A stretch of DNA of 64,000 nucleotides from Diplonema japonicum (taxonomy: Eukaryota; Protista; Euglenozoa: Diplonemea): the NCBI GenBank assembly GCA_964019335.1, contig OZ025664.1, forward strand, positions 620,001-684,000, written 5' to 3'. A program made the translations under genes and the position numbers. A model generated the notes under the pieces. It ran no database searches and was not told the origin of the DNA. It saw only the letters and a program-made list of their open reading frames with translations. This document shows, piece after piece, positions 11,897 to 22,400 of the stretch (its first letter is position 1; every line of letters starts with the position of its first letter).

Positions 11897-12589
11897 ATGG
11901 TGCAACGTACAAAATGGGATTCGTGGGACCACCCCGATGCGAAGGAGGAACCAGTCCTCCCTGTGGGTTCGAAGTTGGCGAGGGAAATGGTTGATGACCC
12001 ACGTGCAAGGAAGCACTACATGGAAGTGATGAAGAAAATGGCAACAGAGGAACAAGAGGAGAACATAAGGTACAAGAAGGCTAGAAGAGAAGAAGAACAG
12101 AAGAAAGAACAGAGAAAAGAGCTGCTTGAGAAGCGCAGCAAGGAAGAAAAGAAGGAGTTTGCGAAGAAGGTGAAGGAGTCAGTGCCAGAGAGGAAGACTG
12201 GTTTCTCAAAGGAGTTGCTGTGGTCGATTGTGTGCTTCGTCGCCTTGACCTTCCACCCCCGCAACCTCAGGCCGACACCCACGTGGGTATTGGCTGGTGC
12301 TGCATTCACAGCATTCTTCTCTCTTTACCTGACTTTCTCTAAAAGTCGCCACGAGCTCCACGTCGTAAAACACCATACTGCTCACTTCTTCACTACCCTC
12401 CCTTCTACCCATTCTTTCCTTCTGGTGCTCGATGCCGTATTGCTTCTATTTTCATTGGGTATGATGTTGACGCCAGCGAAAAGCGTCGTACACCCTTTGG
12501 TCTTTGCCTGTGTGGGAAACAGGATCATAGGAATCCTACGGGATGGGATGGTCCTGCTGTGTAAGAAAAGCGCTAATTATATTTCTTAG
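11897..12589 (+). CDS. Hypothetical membrane protein (charged coiled-coil N-terminus, ~4 hydrophobic segments)
   Basis: ORF composition only. Confidence 0.6.
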   Translation: MVQRTKWDSWDHPDAKEEPVLPVGSKLAREMVDDPRARKHYMEVMKKMATEEQEENIRYKKARREEEQKKEQRKELLEKRSKEEKKEFAKKVKESVPERKTGFSKELLWSIVCFVALTFHPRNLRPTPTWVLAGAAFTAFFSLYLTFSKSRHELHVVKHHTAHFFTTLPSTHSFLLVLDAVLLLFSLGMMLTPAKSVVHPLVFACVGNRIIGILRDGMVLLCKKSANYIS

Positions 12590-12668
12590 ATAGATAGATG
12601 AGTAAGTAACTTCCCCTCTTAGTTATGATTTTTATCTTTCCCCTTTTGCAATGAGCTGCAACAGCAAG

Positions 12669-13401
12669 ATGTTCACGTTGCGAAGGCTTGCGGGTGTAGC
12701 GGCAGGTGTGGCAGTGAGTTGGAAAGTGCAGGAGAGTTTCTGTAAGGAAACAAGCAAATGGGGCTATACACCGCCGTTTCCAATAAATCCTGCAAATGCA
12801 GTGGTGTATTTCGATATTGCCGTTGAGGACACAGTGATAGGCCGCGTAGAGCTTGAGGTGTTCGATGATGTGTCACCGCTGTTGGCCACTAACTTCAAGG
12901 CATTAAGCTCTGGGTACTTCCTTGGATATCCCATAGTGACAAAGCACCCAACCAAACACAAGCAGCATAACGATAGAAAGCTCATATCCTACCACAACAC
13001 CCTTTTTCACAGCGTCAAACCAGGCTTCATTGCCCAAGGCGGTGACAATGAAACCTACAACGGCAAAGGTGGGGAATCTTACTGCGGTGACATCTTAAAG
13101 GACTGTTTCAAAGGTAAGGCAGGCAGTATTGCTGGTGAAGGATGCCTCTGCATGGTCACCCACGCCCGCAACACCAACAAATCCCAATTTTTCATCAGCT
13201 ACTCAGCCCTTCCCCACCTCAACAGGACGAACTCTGTCATCGGGCAGGTTATCAATGGTTGGGATGTTATGAAGGAGATTGAGACACTGGGGTCAGTATC
13301 AGGCTATCCCCAAAAGGAGATCTCGGTATGCATAATTTTCTTCACCACGGCGGACCAACGATTCTAAAGCTACAGTTTCTGTACTTTATTGGTAGGGAAG
13401 G

Positions 13402-13446
<45 letters not shown>

Positions 13447-16400
13447 ATAAAAAATGTCAAGTGACAAAATGACGAAGCCGAGCAAGGCGGGCGCCTCCAA
13501 GGGGCCCCTACCGGACGGGAGCGAGCCCGACCAAGACCCGCCGCAGCTAGTGCTGCAAACCACCGAGGTGGTGATCAGAAAGACCCCCCCCGAGACGACC
13601 CCCAAGACGAAGCCCACCCGGAAGCACTACGACGCAGTCGTAGCCCCGCTCGCCCCCAAGCCCACGTGGGCGGCCTTCATTGCGCAGGCTGGACTGGGGA
13701 AGTCGATGAGGTTCGACGGTGTCCTAGGCACCATCGTAACCACAGGGACTCCCCCTCTTCAGTCCTACTCAGTGAGGGACGGAGACACTACCCATAAGGT
13801 GGTGTTCGAGGAGCAGAAGGGATCCTTTAAAAGGAAACTACCGGGTGGGTCTCGTAGAGGGACCAAAATAGACTTCCGCAGGGAGTTCGGGGGGGCGAGC
13901 TGGTCGCAGGTGTGGGAGCTGGCCGACGAGAAGGAGGGGAGGAAGAAGAAGGCGAGAGAGGAGAAGGGGGCCAAAGCCGCAAAAAGGAAGGCCGAGGCCA
14001 GGGAAAGAGAGGAGAAGCTGGAGGCGAGGATCCAGGCGCTGGAGAGCGCCGAGAAGGAAGAGGGAGGCGGGATGGAGGACGACTGGGGTTGGAGGGAAGC
14101 CATGGACAGGCGGATTGCCGAGTTGGAGCAGGCGAGGGAACAGGCCGGGCTGTGGGAGAAGGCGTGCGAGAGGAAGGTGGAAGAGGTGGAGATGAGAGGG
14201 GTGCGTACGGACGAGAGGACTGAGGAGCTGAACAGGAGGGTGGGCCTGGTGGAGGGCGAGCTTGGTGGCCTGAGGGGGGAGATTTCTTCCTTGAAGGCGT
14301 CATCGGAGAGGACGGAGCGGTCGGTGGAGGAGCTGAAGCAAGGGATGAACAGATTACTCATCCACTTGACTACAGGAGCCCCCCCACCAGGAACCTCCGA
14401 GGAGGCAGACGGGTCCCCAGAACAGAGGGGACACGTGCCGTCCACCGATGGCGCTGACGAGGGGACTGACACCCCAGACTGCCCCAGGCACGCTGCGACA
14501 CCGGAGAGAAAGGGTACCGTAGCACCTTTATGCTACGACACCCCCCCACCAGCCGAAAGGCTCGTAGGAGTTGCCACAACTAGGCAGACAACCCTACACA
14601 CCACCCCCTCGCAGACAACGCCCCTGCACAAGGTGAACCCTCCCGTAAAAAGGAAGGTTGAAGGCCAGTACTAAGGGCCGTGCAATCTCATTCAACACCC
14701 CTTTCACCCCCTTTCCCACACCGTCTCTCACTCCCTGTCCCTACTCCCAAACCCCCAACACTACACCCCATCTAAACGAAGATGAAGTACTACCCAGCCT
14801 CTCAAGCCCTGGAAGCTGGGGTGACCGCAAAGGCAGCACATCATCACCACATCACCATCCCTCATCTTTCCCTCTCTCCACGCACAATTCCTCCCCAAAC
14901 AAGCACTCACAAACTCCCGTCACCGGTGACGAAGTATTACCCAGTATCCAAAGGCCTGGACCTAGGGGTGACCACACAGGCAATCTTCACATTCGCAGAA
15001 ATCCCGCAGCCAGCGGTCCGCACGGAAAACACTTACTGAGCTGCGGGGACATAGAAGCGAACCCCGGTCCAACCACCGAAAAGACAACAAGAGTTGAACA
15101 CTCTCTCCCTCCCGTCCCCTCTACTTCCTCTCTCTCACAGGCACACTCCAACACAACACCACCACCTAACAACATCAACGTACTGTCTCTCAATGTCAGA
15201 TCCCTAACGGTGAGCACCACAGCGCAGCTGCTGAAGGGCATTGAGACACACAACATCGACGTGCTCCTACTCCAAGAGACTTTCCTGAGGCCGTCGAAAG
15301 ATATAACCGGAGTCTTCACTGGGTTCAAGGCATACCGCCGAGACCGAACACGACCGGTGAAAAGAGGAAAGCAAATCAGCGGAGGGGGTCTCGTCACACT
15401 GGTCAGAGAATCGATACCGTCGAAACAGATCGAAGTTCTTCAGAAACCCAGCGACGTGACGGAAAGACTCGACGTAGAGATCTCGCTGCCCAACCGGAAG
15501 CCGTACAGACTCGTCAACCTGTACCTGCCTCCGACAACGGGTAGAGACGGCGACGACAGACCACCCCCCGAGAAATATTTCCGCCCGGCAGAGCTGCCTC
15601 ATGACAGTCACACCATCATCGCCGGTGACATGAACGCCCACCACACGATGTGGGACAAAAGGGGCACACCGAATAAGCTGGGAGAAATACTGCACAGCTG
15701 GATGCTGCGATGGGGCTACAGCACATGGAACAAGAGCAGCGAAGCCACGATCCTGAACCCGTCAGGAAACCCAACCTCTCCGGACATGGTAATGAGCGGC
15801 GCAGAGTTCGACAAATCTTCTTGGAGGACGTTGCCAGCAATGGGCTCAGACCACGTTCCGATGTTCTTCAGTCTGAGAGGGGGAGTCAGCCAACCGACCA
15901 GAAGAGTACTCTACTCTTGGGGGAGGGAGGCAAGGAGCGCGTACAGGGAGACGATGGAAGAAAAGTGCAGCAGGCTGCTCAGGGCCAGAGACCCGATAAG
16001 GCTAAACGCTGAGTTTCGCACACTTCTTCTATCGGCAACCGAATCGTGCGTCCCCAGGAAAGGACAGAAGAAAGGGAAGGTTTGGTGGAACGACGAGATT
16101 GACGCACTCGCAAGGCGACGAAGCACACTGAAGGCGAAGCTGTTGTCCGAGGATCACGACGGGAACGACGAAGACCTGGCACGTCTAGCGGCGATGGAGG
16201 CTGAGCTGGACAGGGCGATAACGAGCGGGAAGCAGGCTGCCTGGGGCGACTACACCAAGAAGTTGTCCAAGGACGGAAACCTGACGCAAGCCTTCTCGGT
16301 CATCCGCAGATTCGACGGTCGCAGCGAGAAGCCACCAATAGCCCCGCTCCGACGAGGAAACGGTATCGCCACCACCGACAGGGAGAAGGCCAGTGTACTC

Positions 16401-19400
16401 GTCGAACACTACGCGAGGGCCTGCTCCCCAAGGACGACTGCCAAGTCGGAGGAAGTGATCACCACCATCAAGAAGGACGCGAAGCCCGGGACAGACAACG
16501 ACTTCCCCCTGGTAACGAAGGACGAGCTGGACTCGGTGCTGCGAAGGCTGAAGAAGGGCAAGGCTCCGGGCCCAGACGGCATCTACAACGAAATGCTGAA
16601 GTACCTGGGACCGGTGGCCAGGGAAGTTCTACTCCTCCTCTACAACTCATCCCTCCAGACCGGTGTCGTCCCTGCCGAATGGAGGCGGTCTTCCATCATC
16701 CCCCTCATGAAAAAGGGCAAAGACCAATCCGAACCCGCCTCGTACAGGCCGATCGCGCTGACGTCAAACATCGTGAAGACGTTGGAGCGAATAGTCAAGG
16801 ACAGGATGTGCTTCCTGCAGGACACAGGACGGGTAAGGCAATTGCACACATCGCAGGCGGGTTTCCGGAAAGGGAGGTCCACGGAGGAAAACGTGCTGTA
16901 CGCCGCCTCAAAGCTCAAAAGTGTCAGGCTGAGCCAAGGTCTGGGGGGTCTCCTGCTGTTCGACTTCAAAGGAGCCTTCGACACAGTCTGGCACAAGGGA
17001 GTGATCGCAAAGCTGATAGGCGACGGTTACCCTCCCAAGCTCGTGAAATGGATCACCTCTTTCCTCGACCAACGTAAAGCCTCCGTCTGTGTGAACGGGG
17101 AACACGGCTGCGTGAAGACAATGACAGGGGGCGTACCCCAAGGCACCATCCTGGCCCCGCAGCTCTTTTCCATCTACGTCAACGACCTGGCCAGGTTGTA
17201 CAGGAAGGCTGGAATCGACGCGGTACGCAGACGACATAGCGATAGTGCTGGAGGCGGGGAGTCCTGCCGAGCTGAACAAGAAGGTGCAACGCGCGGTGAG
17301 CCTCACGGAGCGATGGTGCGAGACGTTCTCGATGAAACTGTCCCAGGAAAAGACAGAGTTCATGCCGGTAGAGGGACAGTTCTGGAACTCGCACGACAGT
17401 CTCGCAAACCTCATCAACGCCCGCTTCCCCTCGAGTGGGGCGAAAGTCAAGGTGGTACGCGAGGCTAAATATCTTGGCGTCACCTTCGACGAAAGCATGA
17501 ACTTCCACGAGCATGTGCAGAAGGTGAAGGGAAAGATCAACAGCCGTCTTCGCCTGCTGCGCAAACTCGCCGGAACAAGGTGGGGCTGCCGCAAGCACAC
17601 CCTAAGGACGCTGTACCTGACGTACGTCCAACCGGTTCTGCGCTACTGTCTCGGTGCTTACGGCAACTTCGTGGGACATGCTGCTCTGGCCGAGTTCGAC
17701 TCGCTACAATACACAGCAGCGAGGTTGATAACGGGATGCTTCGACAAGACTTCCGCGACGGTGACCAGGTCAGAGGCGGGCATCTGGGAGATTGAATCCT
17801 TGCTGGAACACGACACCCTGGTGCTCTACGAGAAGGCACAGCGTCAACCGGGGACAACAGCGGAGAAGGCAACAAAGATATCCGGGGGTCAGATGTGGTA
17901 CGGGAAAAGCTGGCGAAACACCGCGCTCGACTTGGCGAAGAGTCACGGGATGCCGGAACGCGAAGACCTACCACACCACTCAGTCACTCAGAGCGCAGAC
18001 CTGCAGCTCCCTCCATGGGTCCAACCCAAAGTCCTGTTCCACCCCGACCTAGTCCGCAAGGTACACAAGAAGGACGAAAAAAGTCTCAAACTCCGAGCGG
18101 CCTTCGAATCGATCAGGAGGCACGGCATCCCAGATGCGATCGTCTACACCGACGGGTCAGTCACCGGACACAGGAACGGCGGTTCGGCAGCTGTGATAAG
18201 GATCGGGTCTGACACACCGAAGCAGGCACGCAAGAGCGGAGGAGCAGTGACTTCGGCCTACCGATGCGAACTGAAAGCGCTGAACCTGGGGCTGCAATTG
18301 ACACTGTACCATACCCGGAGACAAGGTGTGACGACAGGAGTAGTGCTGCTGTGCTCGGACTCCCAGTCGGTGATCAGAAGACTGATGCAGGGCCACAGAG
18401 AGATGAGGCAGAAGGAGGAACTGCTGGCTTGGAAATGGCTGGACGCGCTTGACCGCCAAGGCCTCTCCACTATCATCCAGTACGTTCCCGGGCACTGCGG
18501 CCTACCAGGTAACGAGCAAGCCGACCGACACGCCAAACGCGCCGCAAAGGAGTCGACACCGGACGGCCCGACGGACCTGATGACCACAAAGAGCCTCATC
18601 AAGAGGTCGGTGAACCGCGACTGGGCAGCCTCGTGGGAGAAGACAGGTCGGGACAAAAAGTACCGAGAGGAGATCGGCGCGAGGTACCTCCCCTTGAAGG
18701 AACTGTCCTGCAGACACGTTGAGGTACAGATAACGAGACTGCGAACGGGCAGGAGCCACCTGACTTGCGGTTTCCTGTCGAAACCCGTCCAGAATGACAT
18801 ACGTTGCCTCTCGTGCCATTCGATCCAGGACAGACACCATCTGCTGATCGGGTGCCCAGCTGGAGACAAGGTCCGCGAAGAGATCTTCGGGGATGACATC
18901 CCCACGACCACGAAGGAGATGCTCACAATGAGGGTGAGTGAAACCGCCTCCTACCTGAAGAGGATGGACCTCATCTGAGACTCTCACGACCGCCGAGCCG
19001 CTGACCGCAATCACAGGACGTAGAAAAAAAAAAAAAAAAAAAAAGGAACAGAAAAAAGTGAACCAAAAAGTACTAGTGAACCCTCTCCCCCTCCCCCTGT
19101 GTTTCCCATTATTACCCTGTCGTGCACCCCATCTTCTGTCTTCACCTTTCCCCGCCCCTTCACACATCCCCCCGTATCATTTCCCTTTGTTTTGAATTTT
19201 CTAAGGCTCCGCCGCCCAACAAAGCTGGCTGAAGGGGATGCCTCCGTGCCAGTGTGCCGCTCGTGAGGGCGAGCACGGACGAGGTACCCCACTCCTCAAA
19301 AACCCGGAGGTTCGCCCGAAGGGTGCTGGCTTGGGAAGCGGGCTGGAGAGCTGCCGGGGTCACGGAGGTGGGCGAAGTCGCGAACACTGGAGCCCACGAA

Positions 19401-22400
19401 CCGGCCCCACCTCCGTCCTCGGTACGTATGGATAGTTTAGCGGAAGTTTCAAGGTTATCTCATTCCTTCCCCCCTTTCGTTAGATACAGGGAGACCCTTG
19501 GTCCACCTGTTCTGTCCCCCCCCCCAGCCTTTGCTTCGCACGTCAGTGGTTCATTTATTATTATTATTACCACGGCGGTTGTAAAGGAAAGAAAAGAAAA
19601 GAAAAGAAAAGAATCATGTCGACCTCCAACAAGAAGAAAAAGAGGCCCGCTCACCACAAGTCCAGGACGGAAGAAATCCTGGAGAAAGCCCGCGGTGAGC
19701 GGGTAAAGGACAACGCCGCCGCCAGGGCGAAGCGCACGCGCGAGGAGGTGGAGAGGAAGCGCGCAGAGGGGGTCACGCCGGTGGTGACACCCTCCCCCGG
19801 GCAAGGGAAGAAGGCGGCCAGAAGGGCCAGACAGAAGGCAGCAGCTGCTGACGCTGCCACCGCCGCCGCTTCGGGCTCCGACGACTCTGTCGTCTTAATT
19901 AGCGAGTCGCCGGGCGTTGTCACCTCGTTCACGGTCGACACGCCAGAGGTCAGGAGGGCGAGGATGAGGACTGCTGCCGCCGACACCACTGCCACTGCTC
20001 CTGCACCTGCTGCTGCCAACACCACTGCTCCTGCACCTGCTGCTGCCGACTCCCCTGCTCCTGCACCTGCTGCTGCCGACACCACTGCTCCTGCGCCTGC
20101 TGCTGCCGACTCCCCTGCTCCTGCGCCTGCTCCAGCCTCTACTGCTGCCGTGTGGTCTACTGCCGTCCTCACTGCCGCTGCCTGCGACACCGCCCTCCCC
20201 ATGTCGGACTCTGACACCGACGAGAAGGACACGGCCCCCGCTCCCGCACCGGCCCCGGAGCCTCACTGGGATCTGGTCCCCGACACGTGGGACGCCCCCA
20301 TCTACACCAACACTGCTCCCCCTGAGGAGGTGCCCCGCGCCGTCGTCGCTCTCGACGACCTCCAGCAGGTGGACGCGATTCGCACTGCGAGGCCCACGGC
20401 CTCCCTGACCTTCGTCCTCTTGACGGAGGTTGCCGGTTCGACCACCCCATGCACCGTCATCGTACTCGCCGGCCAGCGTGTCGTGCACAAGGCCGTGCAC
20501 ACCTTCTCGGTCGGGTCGAACCCCCCCTCCTACACCCCACTCGCTTCTTTTGATGGCGGCACTGAGGTAGTGTACGTCAGCGTGAAAGCTGACAGCGTGA
20601 ACGCGGCGAAGGCCAGGGTTCGGGACCTCGTCGCGACCCAGGGCGTGGCGGTGGAGGAGCAGGCGATCTTCCGCCCGAAGAAGATCGACGGGAACGAGCC
20701 GCGGGCGCGGCACTGGAGCCACGAGGTGGGCCTGCGGCTCCCGGCGGCATCCGTCCATGCGGTACTCCGGGCCTCGGGCGACGGCTGCATGGTCAGGACG
20801 ACCGAGCGGCGCGGGGGGTACACCTACGTGCCCATCGTAGCGGAGGGGAGGGCGGAGGCCTTCCAGCTGGCGAAGGCACTGGGCGGGTTGTCCCTGGGGG
20901 TGGCCCATCGCAAGGGTTGGACCGTGAGGTGCCTGCCGGAGACGGAGCAGCGTCTGAGGGAGGCCCTCGCCAAGCAGAGGACAAAGCGTCGGTACCTGCT
21001 CACCGGAGCCCCGCTGTCTGTTACCAGGGCAGCCTTCGACGGGATGATGGACCACATCGGTTGGAAGCCGTCGTCCATCATCCGACGCTCTGACACGGCG
21101 TTCCAGGGCACGAGGCAACTCGTGTTCTTCATCGTCGCCGACGCCCCGCCCCCCAAGGCCAGGACATGGCTCTTCGGCTCTCGTCTCGTTCGACTGCACG
21201 ACGCGGAAGACCACCCGAGCGTCACGCTCCCGCCCCGCACCAACAAGAAGGCTCCACCCGCGGCTCGGACGCCGGTTGCGGCAACCACGGCCCAGACGCC
21301 GACGCCGGCCCCTGGCCCCACGGTGCAGTCCACAGGGCTGCCGAGCACCAATCCGTGGTCATCTCCACCGAGCTCGGTTGCCCCTCCGCCACTTGGCACT
21401 GTGACTCCGGTCTCCTCTGCGGCTTCCCCGACCACGACACCTCCCCGTGACTCCCAGAAGAAGAATCCCGCACCGGAACCAGAGGTCCCGGCGCTCCTCG
21501 CGCTGATCCAGTCGATGCAGGCGACCATCGACGGTCTGCAGGCGACGGTCCGCGACCTCCAGGAGAGGATGGCAGCGTCACTTGGCGCGCCGGCGTCATC
21601 TGCAGACGGAGCTGGGCGGACGGCAGTTGCTGGGAAGGGCAAGGGCGGCAAGGCTGGGTCCAAGGCAGGGACGAAGGGGCACCAGGCGCAGGGCGTAAGC
21701 ACGCCAGGCCCCTACCCGACATCGACGGAGCAAGGGGGCGGAAGGGGACGCGCCCAGTCGCTGGCTGGCGACTCTGCTTCCCCCAACGGGGCCGGCCGTG
21801 GACGGGCAGCCTCTGTGGGCCCGGCCCCCGCCCCTGCCAATTGAAGGGGTCCCGCTGAGCAGGGGGGGCGTCAGATCGACGACCACGCCCCCTCTCCTGG
21901 TCTCCCGCGCATACAGCCGAGGAGACACCTTCCACATCACTTGTACGACGTCCTCCCTTCCTTGATCCCTTCCTTACTTGAACGGATGTCGGCCAGGGAC
22001 CTGCTGGGGCTGCTTGGGCTGGTTGAGACGAACCCCGGTCCACCTAAGAAGCTCCCACCCCCGAAGCCGAAGGGACTCAGGGTCCTGTCCTGGAACTGCA
22101 ACGGTCTTGCCGCCAAGTGGTCAACCGTGTCCTACCACGCTGTCCTACTGACGCTGGATATCATTATGATCCAGGAGACACACCTTAGGGAGGGGCATGA
22201 GACACCATACCTGCCTGGATACACGTCCTACAGGAGGGACCGCACAACACCGGTGACGGACGGCTCTGCGACGAGAGGCGGTGGTGTCATCACGTATGTC
22301 CGTGACTGCCTTGCCTCGGAGGAAGCTCCTTTCGTACTCCCTGAAGGTGACAGTGTCACCGAGCGATTAGACGTGAGGATCTCCTGTGTGAAGCGCGTCC

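Larger units (their letters stand above)
13354..19568 (+). mobile_element. Non-LTR retrotransposon 1 (two ORFs; APE-RT-RNase H-CCHC; Ingi/I-group-like)
   Basis: 10-bp TSD ACCACGGCGG at 13344-13353 and 19569-19578; (ATT)n 3' tail; diagnostic ORF2 domains. Confidence 0.93.

Noticed and set aside
13354-13403. Element 1 as an SLACS/CRE/NeSL-type insertion into an SL gene at this locus
   Set aside because: The TSD lies outside the SL fragment, no remainder of an SL gene follows the element, and the endonuclease is APE rather than restriction-like
19651-22043. Long minus-strand ORFs opposite element 2 ORF1 (and opposite the polyQ gene)
   Set aside because: Shadow ORFs from GC-rich, codon-biased or repetitive sense coding; no motifs
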